This document shows, piece by piece, positions 1-9,713 of a DNA stretch of 64,000 nucleotides (within the stretch, counting starts at the first letter, position 1; the number at the start of each line of letters is the position of its first letter). Both the position numbers and the translations under genes were made by a program. Below the pieces are notes generated by a model. The model ran no database searches. It worked only from the letters and a program-made list of their open reading frames with translations, and was not told the origin of the DNA. The DNA lies in assembly GCA_963804995.1 (NCBI GenBank), contig CAWDSK010000003.1:832001-896000 (forward strand), given 5' to 3'. This DNA is from an uncultured Acidobacteriota bacterium (lineage in GTDB: Bacteria; Acidobacteriota; Terriglobia; UBA7540).

Positions 1-1
1 T

Positions 2-1360
2 GATGCGGCCTTTACGCGCTTTACCGCCCTCCTTTTTGGGCTGGATCCGGGCAATGACCTGCAGCGGCGCTGCCGGCTCCATCCGCACTCCCGGCATATC
101 CTCCGCCTTGGGCGCCGGGATCCAGGATTCGTATGAGGAAGACGGCTCGAAGACCATCTCGTCATCGACCGGCTCGGAATCGCCGCCCAGGACCATAGTG
201 CCGCTGCCGACGCAGTTATTAACACCAAGAGGCGAGCTGATCGACAGCGTTTTCCGGAACGTGGAGAAGTTCCGCAGTTCTTGCTCCGTAAGGTCGATAT
301 GGTCCGGCAGCCACGGCTGGTCGATGCAAACCCCGATATAGTGCTCCTCGTCTCTATCGGGGCTGGTCAACGCGAAGATATAGCCGAACTTCAGGGTGGC
401 GCCCGCGGGAGTCCGGATAATCTCCGCCACGGTACTGCCGCTGGTGAGACTGGCCGAATGGGATCCTCCCGGCCACTTGCTGGTTGCCGAAGCGCTCACG
501 GAGGTACTTGGCAGCATGCACCGTTCGCCAACCTGCATGGAGGTGGTGCAATTCGTCCCGGAAGTGCCGGCGGGCCCGAAGACGATTTCGAAGTGATGCG
601 TTTCGTTGTGTTGGAGTTCATCATTGCGGATCTTGGCGTCGAACACACTCCGGAATATGAGCGGTTCGCCGCCGATGGTCACCGCGGCTTGTCCCGTGAT
701 CGCACTCGCCGTACCCTTGGGCCGATGGTGGCCGTACCAGGCGCGAATATCGGCCGGGGCGCGCTGGTCGCTCTCCGTATAATTAACGTGCGCCTTGCCC
801 TCATCGTCCGTCACAACGACCGGAGGGTCCACATTGCCGTTGGTCGTGCCTTCCAAGCTTCCCAGGGGCTCGTACCTACCCGGCTCAAAATGAATCTCGC
901 GTTGCTTCAGCGGCACGCCGTCACAATCCAACATTTCCATGCCCACATCCGTGGTTTCGCCCTCGTCCAAGATTCTTTTCGACGGCCGGAGGTTGAGCAT
1001 CCCGTCGGGGTTGCTGTGAGCGAGGCCGGGATCACCGTCGCGCTTCTTCTTCACCCATTGCGTGACGATGGTAGCCATCGGACTGAGCGCTGCCCCAAAC
1101 GCGTCCCCGGCGCCCTCCTGAATGTGCATGTCCCTCGTAATGAGCTTGGGGGAGGATTGACCCTCGGTCATTTTCGCCCGCGCGAGGCGACCTATGCGGA
1201 ACAGCTCCCGATAACGCAGGATGGGGTTGGGATCGGTGGGCCGGGGCACTTTCACATCAAATTCGTACAAGGCAATCGAGCCAAGACCGCAGTCGCAGGT
1301 CCATAGCGCACGGCCCAGCAACAGGGCCAGACTCATCAACAACAGTGTTGGTTTTCTCAC
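2..1360 (-). CDS. Large secreted protein, 5' part (runs off window start); possible Ig-like (Big-1-like) module
   Basis: Hand-translated, missing from the ORF track because no stop lies in the window: GTG at 1360 after GGAGG; MRKPTLLLMSLALLLGRALW signal-like start; open to base 2; VVVTDDEGKAHVNY resembles an Ig-like strand motif. Confidence 0.75.
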   Translation of the reverse strand, partial: MRKPTLLLMSLALLLGRALWTCDCGLGSIALYEFDVKVPRPTDPNPILRYRELFRIGRLARAKMTEGQSSPKLITRDMHIQEGAGDAFGAALSPMATIVTQWVKKKRDGDPGLAHSNPDGMLNLRPSKRILDEGETTDVGMEMLDCDGVPLKQREIHFEPGRYEPLGSLEGTTNGNVDPPVVVTDDEGKAHVNYTESDQRAPADIRAWYGHHRPKGTASAITGQAAVTIGGEPLIFRSVFDAKIRNDELQHNETHHFEIVFGPAGTSGTNCTTSMQVGERCMLPSTSVSASATSKWPGGSHSASLTSGSTVAEIIRTPAGATLKFGYIFALTSPDRDEEHYIGVCIDQPWLPDHIDLTEQELRNFSTFRKTLSISSPLGVNNCVGSGTMVLGGDSEPVDDEMVFEPSSSYESWIPAPKAEDMPGVRMEPAAPLQVIARIQPKKEGGKARKGRI

Positions 1361-1478
1361 GGTACAAGCTACCTCCGTTCTGGCGCGATGACAGTGTCGC
1401 AAGAATACTTCCCGCCCTGCTCTTAACCGAAGCCCACGATCAAAGAGAGTAATCACCCTCAACGCCTGGCGCCGTGCC

Positions 1479-1565
1479 TCACTGCTTCACCAGTTCGACG
1501 CGGCGGTTCTTGGCGCGGCCGTCCTCGCTGTCGTTGGACGCCGCGGTAGAGTAAGGCCCGCCGCA
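1479..1565 (-). pseudogene. C-terminal remnant of an OmpA-family peptidoglycan-binding domain
   Basis: Frame reads GPYSTAASNDSEDGRAKNRRVELVKQ*, the typical OmpA C-terminal NRRVE motif; no upstream part of the domain or start. Confidence 0.8.
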
Positions 1566-1885
1566 CTCTTGCCCGTGCCAGGCGATGTTGTTGGCGTGGA
1601 CTTGGAACAGGCGAGATAACTGCCTGCCCATATGAGAACGAATGCCAGGAACGAAACACGCAAACGGATTATGGGAATCCTCCCTTTCTGAGAGTCTTAA
1701 GAACCTCAGGTGATACTCAGAGCGCAGTTTATCCAGGAACGGTGCACCGTTTGATTAAGCATCGCTGTACTAGATATAATTTGCACAGTCCATCGTACTC
1801 TGAATGACCCCAGAATCTGATGGCCGAGTGGCACACGCGCTCCGGCAGGCCGGGCGGCGGAGCGCGCCGCCCGGCTGCCAAGAGT

Positions 1886-2629
1886 TCATTTGGGAGTTAC
1901 TTCTCCTTCGCGGTGCTCTTCCCAAGCGCCTCTCTCATCGGCTATCGACTCGTCGATATTGAATTTCACGAGCTCGCCGGAGTCCTTGGCGACCCACGCC
2001 GCGACCTTGATTGCCTTACATTGTGAGGGGTTTATGACGTCATATTCAAACTTCTGTGCGGCGGTGACGGTGGACGAGTCAAAGGTGAACTTGTCTGCGG
2101 CAACTCCGCCCACCGTGTCGGAGCCAGCCTCTGTAGCAAACTCAGCCAGCAGGTCGATCATGATTGTAGATCCGGTCACGTTCGCCATCAGGCTTAACTG
2201 CGCTCCCCCCCAACCTAATTCGTCGCTCTTCTTGGCGTTATGATCTTCCTTCTTTCCTCCCCACATGGAGGTGACGATCATCTCGTCGGGAGAGACGTCC
2301 GCCTCCAGAGTCACGGCGCCCACTTGTGGCTTGAGGGTCTTGTTGAAGTCATAGCTCTCGGTCACGTTCTGCTGGCCCTTGTAGGAATAGTGGAACGGCG
2401 TTTTGGGGTGCTCCATCGCAGCCGCCAGGATTTTGATGCTCTTGCGCAGTCTTTCTGGTACCGTGTTGACCGTCGGGCGGGAAGCCCCTTGCGTCGCGGT
2501 CGCTTGCGACTTGGCGGTGGGCGGGGCGCTGCTTTTGCAGCTCGCCAACAATCCTGCCACCACGAGGCAGGCCATCCCGATAATCCAGCCGCGCTCTAAA
2601 AGCGTCGGCAGCTCTTTCGTTTTCAACAT
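1886..2629 (-). CDS. Lipoprotein of unknown function (possibly LolA/LppX-like beta fold)
   Basis: ATG 2629 after GAGGAGGA; lipobox LLASC; GSDTVGGVAADKFTF and AWVAKDSGELVKF motifs; GC-rich hairpin at about 1844-1879 after the stop. Confidence 0.75.
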   Translation of the reverse strand: MLKTKELPTLLERGWIIGMACLVVAGLLASCKSSAPPTAKSQATATQGASRPTVNTVPERLRKSIKILAAAMEHPKTPFHYSYKGQQNVTESYDFNKTLKPQVGAVTLEADVSPDEMIVTSMWGGKKEDHNAKKSDELGWGGAQLSLMANVTGSTIMIDLLAEFATEAGSDTVGGVAADKFTFDSSTVTAAQKFEYDVINPSQCKAIKVAAWVAKDSGELVKFNIDESIADERGAWEEHREGEVTPK

Positions 2630-2708
2630 GAGTCCTCCTCCGCAAGACCCGCGAGGTGCGCGTTCTTGCAAGTGTGGTTTTTGAACGACCAATTTTAAAA
2701 GGAACAGA

Positions 2709-3026
2709 CACCGAGCGTCCCTCGGGTGCCACGTAAACGATGCGGGTCATTTTGCCTTCCAGATGCTGGCTGTTGGTAAACTTCTCGTCACTCCGCTTGC
2801 CGAGCGGAAGTGTGAAATCATCGAACTTTTTAAAGTTGTCACGGGCTCCTCCTGGAATGATCGATTGAGGTGGAAGCGTGCAGGAGTTCCGGTCGGCGCT
2901 GCGGGACTCATTCCGGGCCGTCGCAGCGGCTTTGGGTGCCGGTGTTTGCAGGGGAAAGGCGGCGCGCAGGCTTACACTCAAGAACAAGAAGAGGAAACAG
3001 GACGGCACAGGAGCGACACTGCGCAT
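2709..3026 (-). pseudogene. N-terminal remnant of a DUF4892/OmpA-type protein
   Basis: Signal peptide, then FDDFTLPLGK...SQHLEGKMTRIVYVAPEGRSV, resembling the N-terminal domain of DUF4892-OmpA proteins; similarity stops abruptly at about 2709. Confidence 0.6.
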
Positions 3027-3547
3027 GGTTTCCTCCCGCCGAGGGAGATCAGCCGGAATTTCCGATTTCAACCTTACCTTTGCGCAGCATTATGCGTCGG
3101 CCTCCCTGCCAGGTCAAGCTCTTTGCCATTTGAAATCGCAAATACGGCTTAATTCCCTTTTGAGGCCACCGCCTGGTCGGAGGGCCACTCCTACATGCGG
3201 GGAGACGGGTAACATCAAAATACCGTTTTAGCGAATCAAACCAAAAGACCCATCACCGTGGCAGAAGAGACTGCTGACGTGCTGTCCTGCCAGCAACCCT
3301 TCAAGCAATTCTCGCGCAATCAAAGATTCGGACTGAAAAGTCGCCTTCACGTCCAGTGGCCGCCACTTGGTCGTAAAACGGCCGAACCGCGCTTCTGGGG
3401 TGGCCCGTGATGGGGGCCGAGGCGGCGAAATCCACATCCGAAATGTAGAAACTCCAGTGTGTGGGACATGTCCCACCAAGGCCCAGACTTTCCCTAACCG
3501 CGGGATTTCCATCCTTATGATTGGCTCTCCCGTGATGCCTATTCCAC

Positions 3548-3577
3548 TTGACAAGGCTCGGCGCGCCAGCGGAGAAT
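3548..3577 (+). promoter_or_regulatory. Putative sigma70 promoter of the TPR gene
   Basis: TTGACA-18-GAGAAT; conserved in paralogous copy at 31351-31379 (TTGACA-17-GAGAAT). Confidence 0.55.
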
Positions 3578-3698
3578 CGCCCCGGAGAGCGTGGCATGGT
3601 GGGGAATTGATCCGCCCGACGATTTCCGGTCTTGACTGCACGTGGAACGCCTTCAATTGCCGGCAACCCCTTTTGGCTGCCTTGCTCAAGGAAGTAAA

Positions 3699-5376
3699 GT
3701 GCAGCATCCCCGCGATCATTTGCGTCGGTGTGTAGCCTCGGCTACCCTGCTGATTTGCTCCTACCTCCCAGCCGCGTCCGTCCCCACCGCCTGCGCCCAA
3801 GCGCCGGAAAACCAAGCGCGCGAATTCGAACGCAAGGGCGGGTTGGCCCTCGAGCAAAAAAACTACGCCCTCGCGGCACAAGACTTCCAAGCCGCGTTAA
3901 AACTCGACCCCAACTCGGCGAGCGCCCACTCCGGGCTTGGCCTTGCCCTCCGGGAGAGCGGAAAGCTTCGCGAGGCCACTAGCGAATTCCAAACGGCTGC
4001 GAAGCTGGAGCCGAAAGCGTGGGAGCCGCGCTACCTGCTGGGGCAAACTTATATTCTGCGCGGTGACTTCCCAGACGCGGTCGTGGCGCTCCGGCAGGTT
4101 CTCGAAATCCAGCCCGGCTTTCCGGACGCGCTTTACAACCTGGCGATGGCCGAGGGGAAAACCGGAGACCGCCGCGCCGCCATCAAGGACTTTCGAAGCC
4201 TCATCGCCCTTCAGCCGCGAGATCCCAGCGCCCATCTCCAACTGGGCCTCTTGCTGCGGGATACCGGAGACCGTTGGGGCGCCATCACCGAGTTCCAGTC
4301 CGCCTCAGCTCTCCAGCCCGGAAATCTCCCCGCCCGCGCCGACCTTGCCTGGACGCAGGTTGACCTGCAACATTTTGATGACGCCCTGGGGGAATTCCAG
4401 GGGGTGTTGCAGATCGATCCGCGTTACGCGCCTGCGCACTATGGCATCGGAGTGGTGCGCGAGCTGACCGATGCGGATGACAGCGGCGTGTCGGAATTCC
4501 GGGAAGCGATACGCCTGCAACCCGACTTCGAGCCCGCGCATCTTCACTTGGCGCGTGTCCTGGTGGGGCAACGCAGTTTGACGGAGGCGCTGGCGGAGCT
4601 GGAAACCGCGGCTCGAACTCACGCCCAACGATCCGGCCATCCCCTTTGTGAGGGGCCTGTATTTCAAGAGTAAGGGCGACCCCCAAAAGGCCCTCGATGA
4701 ATTCCGCAAATCGGTCCAAGGGGCCCCGCAGAACCCCGAAGCCCACTACGAACTGGGGCTGCTCTTGCGGCAGAAAGGAGAGTTGGAAAGCGCCGCAGGG
4801 GAATTCCGCAAGGCCATTGCTCTGAGTCCGACCGATGGGCCTTCCCTTCTCAATCTCGCTCAAATCCTCAGCCTGCAAGGGAAGAAGGAGGAGTCGCAAG
4901 AAGCGATGCGGAAGTTTGGGGATTTGCGAAGAAGTCGCGACACGGTCAGGACGATGCAACTTTACAACGATACGGGCATCCGGTTGGTGGAACGGGGCGA
5001 CCTGAACGGCGGGATCGGATATTTTCGAGCGGCCGTGGAGCTCAGCCCGGATTCTTCAGAAATGCATCGCAACCTGGCGAAGGCCCTTTTCCAGGCGGGC
5101 CAGTGGGAGGAATCGAGGAAAGAGTATGAAACCGCCGTCCGCCTTAATCCTCGCGACTGGCAGGCGCATGTTGGTCTGGGCGAAGTGCTGGCACAACAAA
5201 ACCACGTGGCGGAGGGCATCAAGGAAGTGGAAACCGGTACGCAACTGAACCCGCGCTCCGCCGCAGCGTACGAATTGCTGGGTCGCCTCTACCGGCGGGT
5301 TAATGACCCGGCGCGAGCGGAGGCGGCGCTGGCCCGGGCCAAGGCGCTTGAGCCGGAAAGCAACATTCGAAAGTAA
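3699..5376 (+). CDS. Secreted multi-TPR protein (one apparent +1 frameshift at about 4611)
   Basis: GTG 3699 after AAGGAAG; serial TPRs (ALKLDPNSASAHSGLGLAL etc.); ORFs 3642-4673 and 4648-5376 join as ETA-LELTPNDPAIPF if one G is removed. Confidence 0.85.
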
Positions 5377-5668
5377 TAGGCAAGTTTGGAGGCAGGCGCA
5401 TAGGCGTTAAAATAGGCGCCGAATTGCTCCCGCGAGATTAAGGTGCATTTTTCGAAAACAAGCCCACGTTGCGGAAACTTCCCTGGGTAGGCAACTGCAC
5501 GTCAAACTGAGCACGCGCATTGTTTCGGGTGCTCTGCCAAGACTAACTTCCTCGAAGGCGACTTCGGGACCGGAATAACTTCCGAATACCCCGTGGCTCG
5601 GGCGGAATCCGAGTTCGAGGGGTTTATTGCAAGGTGGCAGCGTTCCAAGCAGCCGAGGCGTGACCGTC

Positions 5669-5941
5669 CTATCGGAATGCGAGGACCTGGGGAAAATGAA
5701 TGTTCAGCTTAAAGCAAATAAAGAGAACCAGGATCGCGCCCAGTGTTGAAAAAATGAGGCCGGCGGGATGATATCGTTCGTTTGTCGGGCGCCAAATCAC
5801 GTGGGTAACGGCTCCGCCGATGATCGAGCCGATGATGCCGAGCACGATCGTCCAGAAGATCGTCATATGCTCGTGCATCACCGATTTCGCGATAACCCCC
5901 GAGATTAGCCCAATAAGAACATACCAGATTAAGTGAAACAT
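5669..5941 (-). CDS. GlsB/YeaQ/YmgE-family (transglycosylase-associated) membrane protein
   Basis: MFHLIWYVLIGLISGVIAKSVM...TIVLGIIGSIIGG...STLGAILVL; GGAGG RBS. Confidence 0.85.
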   Translation of the reverse strand: MFHLIWYVLIGLISGVIAKSVMHEHMTIFWTIVLGIIGSIIGGAVTHVIWRPTNERYHPAGLIFSTLGAILVLFICFKLNIHFPQVLAFR

Positions 5942-6201
5942 ACTTTTTCCTCCATCATTTGTCTTCACAATGTCGCTGAGTATCACCCAGGGCTTGGCAA
6001 TCAACCGGACATTACTATGGCATTGATCGGCTTTCCAATCGGAGATCGTCGCCGACGGAAAGCCCCTGGATCCTCCGTCGGCTCGTCTCCGCACGCAAAG
6101 GATCTCTTTGCAGTATGCGTACATCCGGAATGAATGGTCTGTTCACAATTGACCAATCGGTCAGATTTTTGTTTGGACCGTTGGCGAAGCACTACCGGAC
6201 G

Positions 6202-6282
6202 CTATCCTCGCCAGCGAGAATATCCCCAGCCTCCACCACCTAGCAAAAACAACACCAAGAGAACAATCAATATAGTTTCCAT
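6202..6282 (-). CDS. 26-aa small membrane protein (DUF3309-like)
   Basis: Hand-translated METILIVLLVLFLLGGGGWGYSRWRG*; GGAGGT RBS. Confidence 0.75.
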   Translation of the reverse strand: METILIVLLVLFLLGGGGWGYSRWRG

Positions 6283-6611
6283 GTCTTACCTCCGCTGTAA
6301 GAGGAAGCCGCTGGACTCATCCCAACCGCAGCCCTCTTGTTTCCCACTTGCAACGTCATCATGGGCGCAACGAAGGCGGGTGTCTGCCCGATTGTGACCG
6401 CGTGTTTGTGTCTTTGTGCACACCTCCCTCTGGGTAAGGGGCTCGAAAAGATTACTACGGTGATGACTCATTTTGACCAGGGCAATGAGCAAAGCTGTAC
6501 AGACAGTGGAAAGAAGGACGGACAAAATCCAAGTTTGTAGGGTTCTAACGCCAGAGGGAAATTCGTGAACAAGTTGGATTTGCTGAATATTCTTGATGCA
6601 GCGAGGTTTCG

Positions 6612-7196
6612 ATGAATCTAAATCTGATGGATCCGAAGCTGATTGTGCTCGCCGTCGCGGTGGTTCTGATCATCGCAGTGCTTGCTTGGCTGTACGTGCG
6701 AAAACGCAGGAGTACGACTGCAGGCCTGCGGCAAAGATTTGGGCCCGAGTACGAGCGGGCGCTGCGGGAGCATGGATCAGAACGAAAAGCAGAAGCGAAA
6801 TTAACGGATCGCGAGAAGCGGGTTGAAAAGCTCAACATTCGCGATCTTGATCCCATGGAACGCGAACGTTTTTCGAAACAGTGGGAGTCCGTACAGTCTC
6901 GTTTTGTCGATTCCCCAAAGGGGGCAGTCACAGAAGCCGATGACCTGCTGTCCTCTTTAATGAAAACTCGTGGCTATCCCGTATCCGATTTCGATCAACG
7001 TGCCGCCGACATTTCTGTCGACCATCCCCGAGTGGTGGAGAACTACCGGTCTGCGCATGAGATTGCGATGCGCGTTGGTAAAGACAAAGCAACTACGGAA
7101 GACCTGAGAACAGCGATGATTCATTACCGCTCACTATTTGAGGAACTGGTGCAGGTACCAACGACTGTTAAACAAAGAGAGGTGCCTAATGGCTGA
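6612..7196 (+). CDS. Membrane-anchored conserved hypothetical protein
   Basis: N-terminal TM; LRQRFGPEYER, WESVQSRFVDSP, TEDLRTAMIHYRSLF motifs. Confidence 0.85.
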   Translation: MNLNLMDPKLIVLAVAVVLIIAVLAWLYVRKRRSTTAGLRQRFGPEYERALREHGSERKAEAKLTDREKRVEKLNIRDLDPMERERFSKQWESVQSRFVDSPKGAVTEADDLLSSLMKTRGYPVSDFDQRAADISVDHPRVVENYRSAHEIAMRVGKDKATTEDLRTAMIHYRSLFEELVQVPTTVKQREVPNG

Positions 7197-7602
7197 ACTG
7201 AAGAGAAAAGAAGGGGAGCTTACGACGGCTGACCTGGCGAGCTACGGCGGTACGCAAAAGCAGCCCGACGGACCCAAGGTGGTGAAAGCCCAAGAGCCGG
7301 AGACCCCGCATAGATCGGCGGCAGTCTCAGAGCCGATGCCGTTGTTTTCTGAATCGGAGATGACAGATTTCCGATCGCAGTGGAGCAAGGTACAAACTGG
7401 TTTCGTGGACGAGCCGCGCCAAACGGTCGCAGAAGCAGACAAGCTGGTAGCTTCGGTGATGCAGCGACTCGCGGAAGGTTTCGCCAACGAGCGATCGGGC
7501 TTGGAAAAGCAGTGGGACCGCGGCGACAACGTGTCCACTGAGGACCTGCGGATTGCCCTACAGCGCTATCGTTCCTTTTTTGACAGATTGCTGAAGCTGT
7601 AA
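7189..7602 (+). CDS. Soluble paralog of the preceding protein's C-terminal domain
   Basis: Overlaps previous stop; WSKVQTGFVDEP and TEDLRIALQRYRSFF align with the upstream gene. Confidence 0.85.
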   Translation: MAELKRKEGELTTADLASYGGTQKQPDGPKVVKAQEPETPHRSAAVSEPMPLFSESEMTDFRSQWSKVQTGFVDEPRQTVAEADKLVASVMQRLAEGFANERSGLEKQWDRGDNVSTEDLRIALQRYRSFFDRLLKL

Positions 7603-7642
7603 GGACGAACACGCCTTCGGACTCAGGAAGGAGAGTTACAAC

Positions 7643-7780
7643 ATGTTTGTCATTCTCTTTATCGTTCTATTGGTGGCTTGGCTTTTGGGCTTTCTCGCCT
7701 TCCACGTTGCGGGGAGCTTGATTCACCTACTACTCATTGTGGCCGTCATTTGCTTGATCGTGCATTTCGTGCGGCGCTGA
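7643..7780 (+). CDS. lmo0937/DUF5670-family small membrane protein (45 aa)
   Basis: Hand-translated MFVILFIVLLVAWLLGFLAFHVAGSLIHLLLIVAVICLIVHFVRR*; AAGGAG RBS. Confidence 0.85.
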   Translation: MFVILFIVLLVAWLLGFLAFHVAGSLIHLLLIVAVICLIVHFVRR

Positions 7781-7945
7781 AGCGCCGCGTAAAACACAAC
7801 GGTGCGTTACCGGCCCGAGGCAATCCCCGACTGACAGGCGGCGACCGGGGGTGAGAAGGAACGCGTTCACCTCCGGTTTTTCCACGCAGCGCTCCGTCGG
7901 GCGCAAGACTGGAGGTTCAATCCTATGTTCCAGCAAAGGAGAAAT

Positions 7946-8491
7946 ATGAAAACCCACAAACTCTGCTTAAGCATGCTCGCTCTGCTCGTAGTCGGGCTCC
8001 TCGTAGGGTGTTCAACGTCCACGAAGTCGCCCGACGTTTCTGACAGCATTCGCAAATCGCTCGATCAGGCTGGCTTCAAAGATGTCACTGTAAGTCAGGA
8101 TCGCGACAAGGGCATAGTAACGCTTGGCGGACACGTCGCGGCAGAGGCGGACAAGGTACAAGCCGAATCTCTCGCAACGTCAATCGCCGCTGGGCAGGTT
8201 GTCGCGAATCAGATTGCCGTGATTCCTCCCGGCGTCGAAAGCGAGGCTAAGACGGTGAACTCTGATCTCAACGCGGGCATCGAGAAAAACTTAGACGCGG
8301 CGCTCATCACCCATAGGCTTCACAGGGATGTGAAATTCAATGTCAAGAATGGGGTCGTCACCCTGACCGGTGAGGTCAACTCCCAGGCCCAGCGCGCGCG
8401 GGCCGAAAAGGTCGCTTCTTCAGTTCTAAATGTGAAGCAGGTGGTGAACGAGTTGGAGATTAAGAACCCGAAGGCCACGTCGTCGAAATAG
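7946..8491 (+). CDS. Dual BON-domain (OsmY-like) lipoprotein
   Basis: Lipobox LLVGC; two GxVTLxG-V...A..V..V.N.L BON motifs; AAGGAG RBS. Confidence 0.9.
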   Translation: MKTHKLCLSMLALLVVGLLVGCSTSTKSPDVSDSIRKSLDQAGFKDVTVSQDRDKGIVTLGGHVAAEADKVQAESLATSIAAGQVVANQIAVIPPGVESEAKTVNSDLNAGIEKNLDAALITHRLHRDVKFNVKNGVVTLTGEVNSQAQRARAEKVASSVLNVKQVVNELEIKNPKATSSK

Positions 8492-8765
8492 AGTTACCTG
8501 CTCCAGGGAATCCGGCGCGGCCCTGAGTGTGTCCCGAGATTTGAGGGACCACAAGTCATCGGTTGCTGGCGCGATCGGCTGCCGCGCCCTTACCGTCACA
8601 GCCAGGAGCCATGCTAGCGGCGACGAATGCGGGTGTCTGCTGAATCGTGAACACCTTCCTTCCGTCGTCCCCCCCGATTGTCGGCAAGGATGCCAAAATG
8701 GAATCTCATCCTTGAAGTTTGTGAGGGGCTACGCTGTTATTTTGGCGCATCGGAAAAGTTGGCGC

Positions 8766-8957
8766 TTACTCCTGCAGGACGGCGCTCAGGAGGGAATTGT
8801 TGACTTCAAGGCCGCCGTCATACCTGATGAAGCCACGTTTCCTGAATCCGTTCATGAAACAATTGATCCGGGAGCGTGTTATGCCGATCATTTCCGCCAG
8901 CATCTCCTGCGATACTTTGGGAAGCATTTTCTGAGGTTGGGGTTCCTTGCCATACCC
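8766..8957 (-). pseudogene. C-terminal HTH remnant of a Crp/Fnr-family regulator
   Basis: Hand-translated YGKEPQPQKMLPKVSQEMLAEMIGITRSRINCFMNGFRKRGFIRYDGGLEVNNSLLSAVLQE*; no cNMP domain upstream. Confidence 0.8.
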
Positions 8958-9350
8958 TGGCAGCGGCGGCCTAACTCCTGGTTGCCGGACAAGCGCCCGT
9001 CAGGATCCAGAGGCGGGGTTGTTGGAAGCGAAAGACGAGCTCCTAGCGCATTGTCGGCCACTCGGAAACTATCCCGAAACGGGGTTCTGGGAATCAGCTC
9101 CTGGGTTGTCGCCCCCGCGTTTACCGATCCACGCAACTCTGGACGGTTGACGGGCTGCTCGAAAACAAATCACCTGGCCGGTAACGGCCTACGAGTAGGG
9201 GTGCGAGGCACCTCCAGTCCGGCTTATTTTAACGCCTATGGGAGGCAGGCGTCCCTCCTGTCCCCTCGGCCGGACCGACTCCGCCGCTCTGAAATTATCA
9301 GCCGAAAAAGATAATTGAAAAGGATTGGCAACTGAAAGGCGAGGGGGCGC

Positions 9351-9449
9351 GCGACATGACAAGATGTCGCTCGCCTTTAAGTCGGATTGGACTCATTGCG
9401 AATGATGAAATTCTAATTGTAAGAATTACGAACAATGACATTTTGTCGT
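9351..9449. promoter_or_regulatory. Two ATGACA-N3-YGTCRY palindromic boxes (candidate operator)
   Basis: ATGACAAGATGTCGC 9356-9370 and ATGACATTTTGTCGT 9435-9449; same motif at 31662 and 54820. Confidence 0.45.
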
Positions 9450-9508
9450 CTGACATCACTTATTTTTCCAGCCTGCTGGACATCCGCACCCAAAACCTTG
9501 TTCCTAGC

Positions 9509-9537
9509 TTGACACTCCAGGTTGCCGGGCATACCGT
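9509..9537 (+). promoter_or_regulatory. Putative sigma70 promoter of TonB-dependent receptor locus A
   Basis: TTGACA-17-TACCGT; conserved at 31817-31845 (TTGACA-17-TACCCT). Confidence 0.6.
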
Positions 9538-9713
9538 ACGCTGGTTATAGTGCACGAATTTGTAATATTTCCCTGCGTAATTTAGTGCAGCGATGACCGT
9601 TTCCGGCAGGAATAGATCAAATTACGCCGTGTGCACACGGCCGCGCGACGTGGGGATTGGCAGTGGAGCGGCGGGTCTTGGGTGAAGTTCAAATGCAACA
9701 AGGAGGCCAGGTC

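Noticed and set aside
281..1306. 341-aa plus-strand ORF
   Set aside because: Antisense shadow of the minus-strand secreted-protein gene starting at 1360.
8529..9314. 261-aa plus-strand ORF
   Set aside because: No recognisable motif; overlaps the antisense of the Crp remnant.
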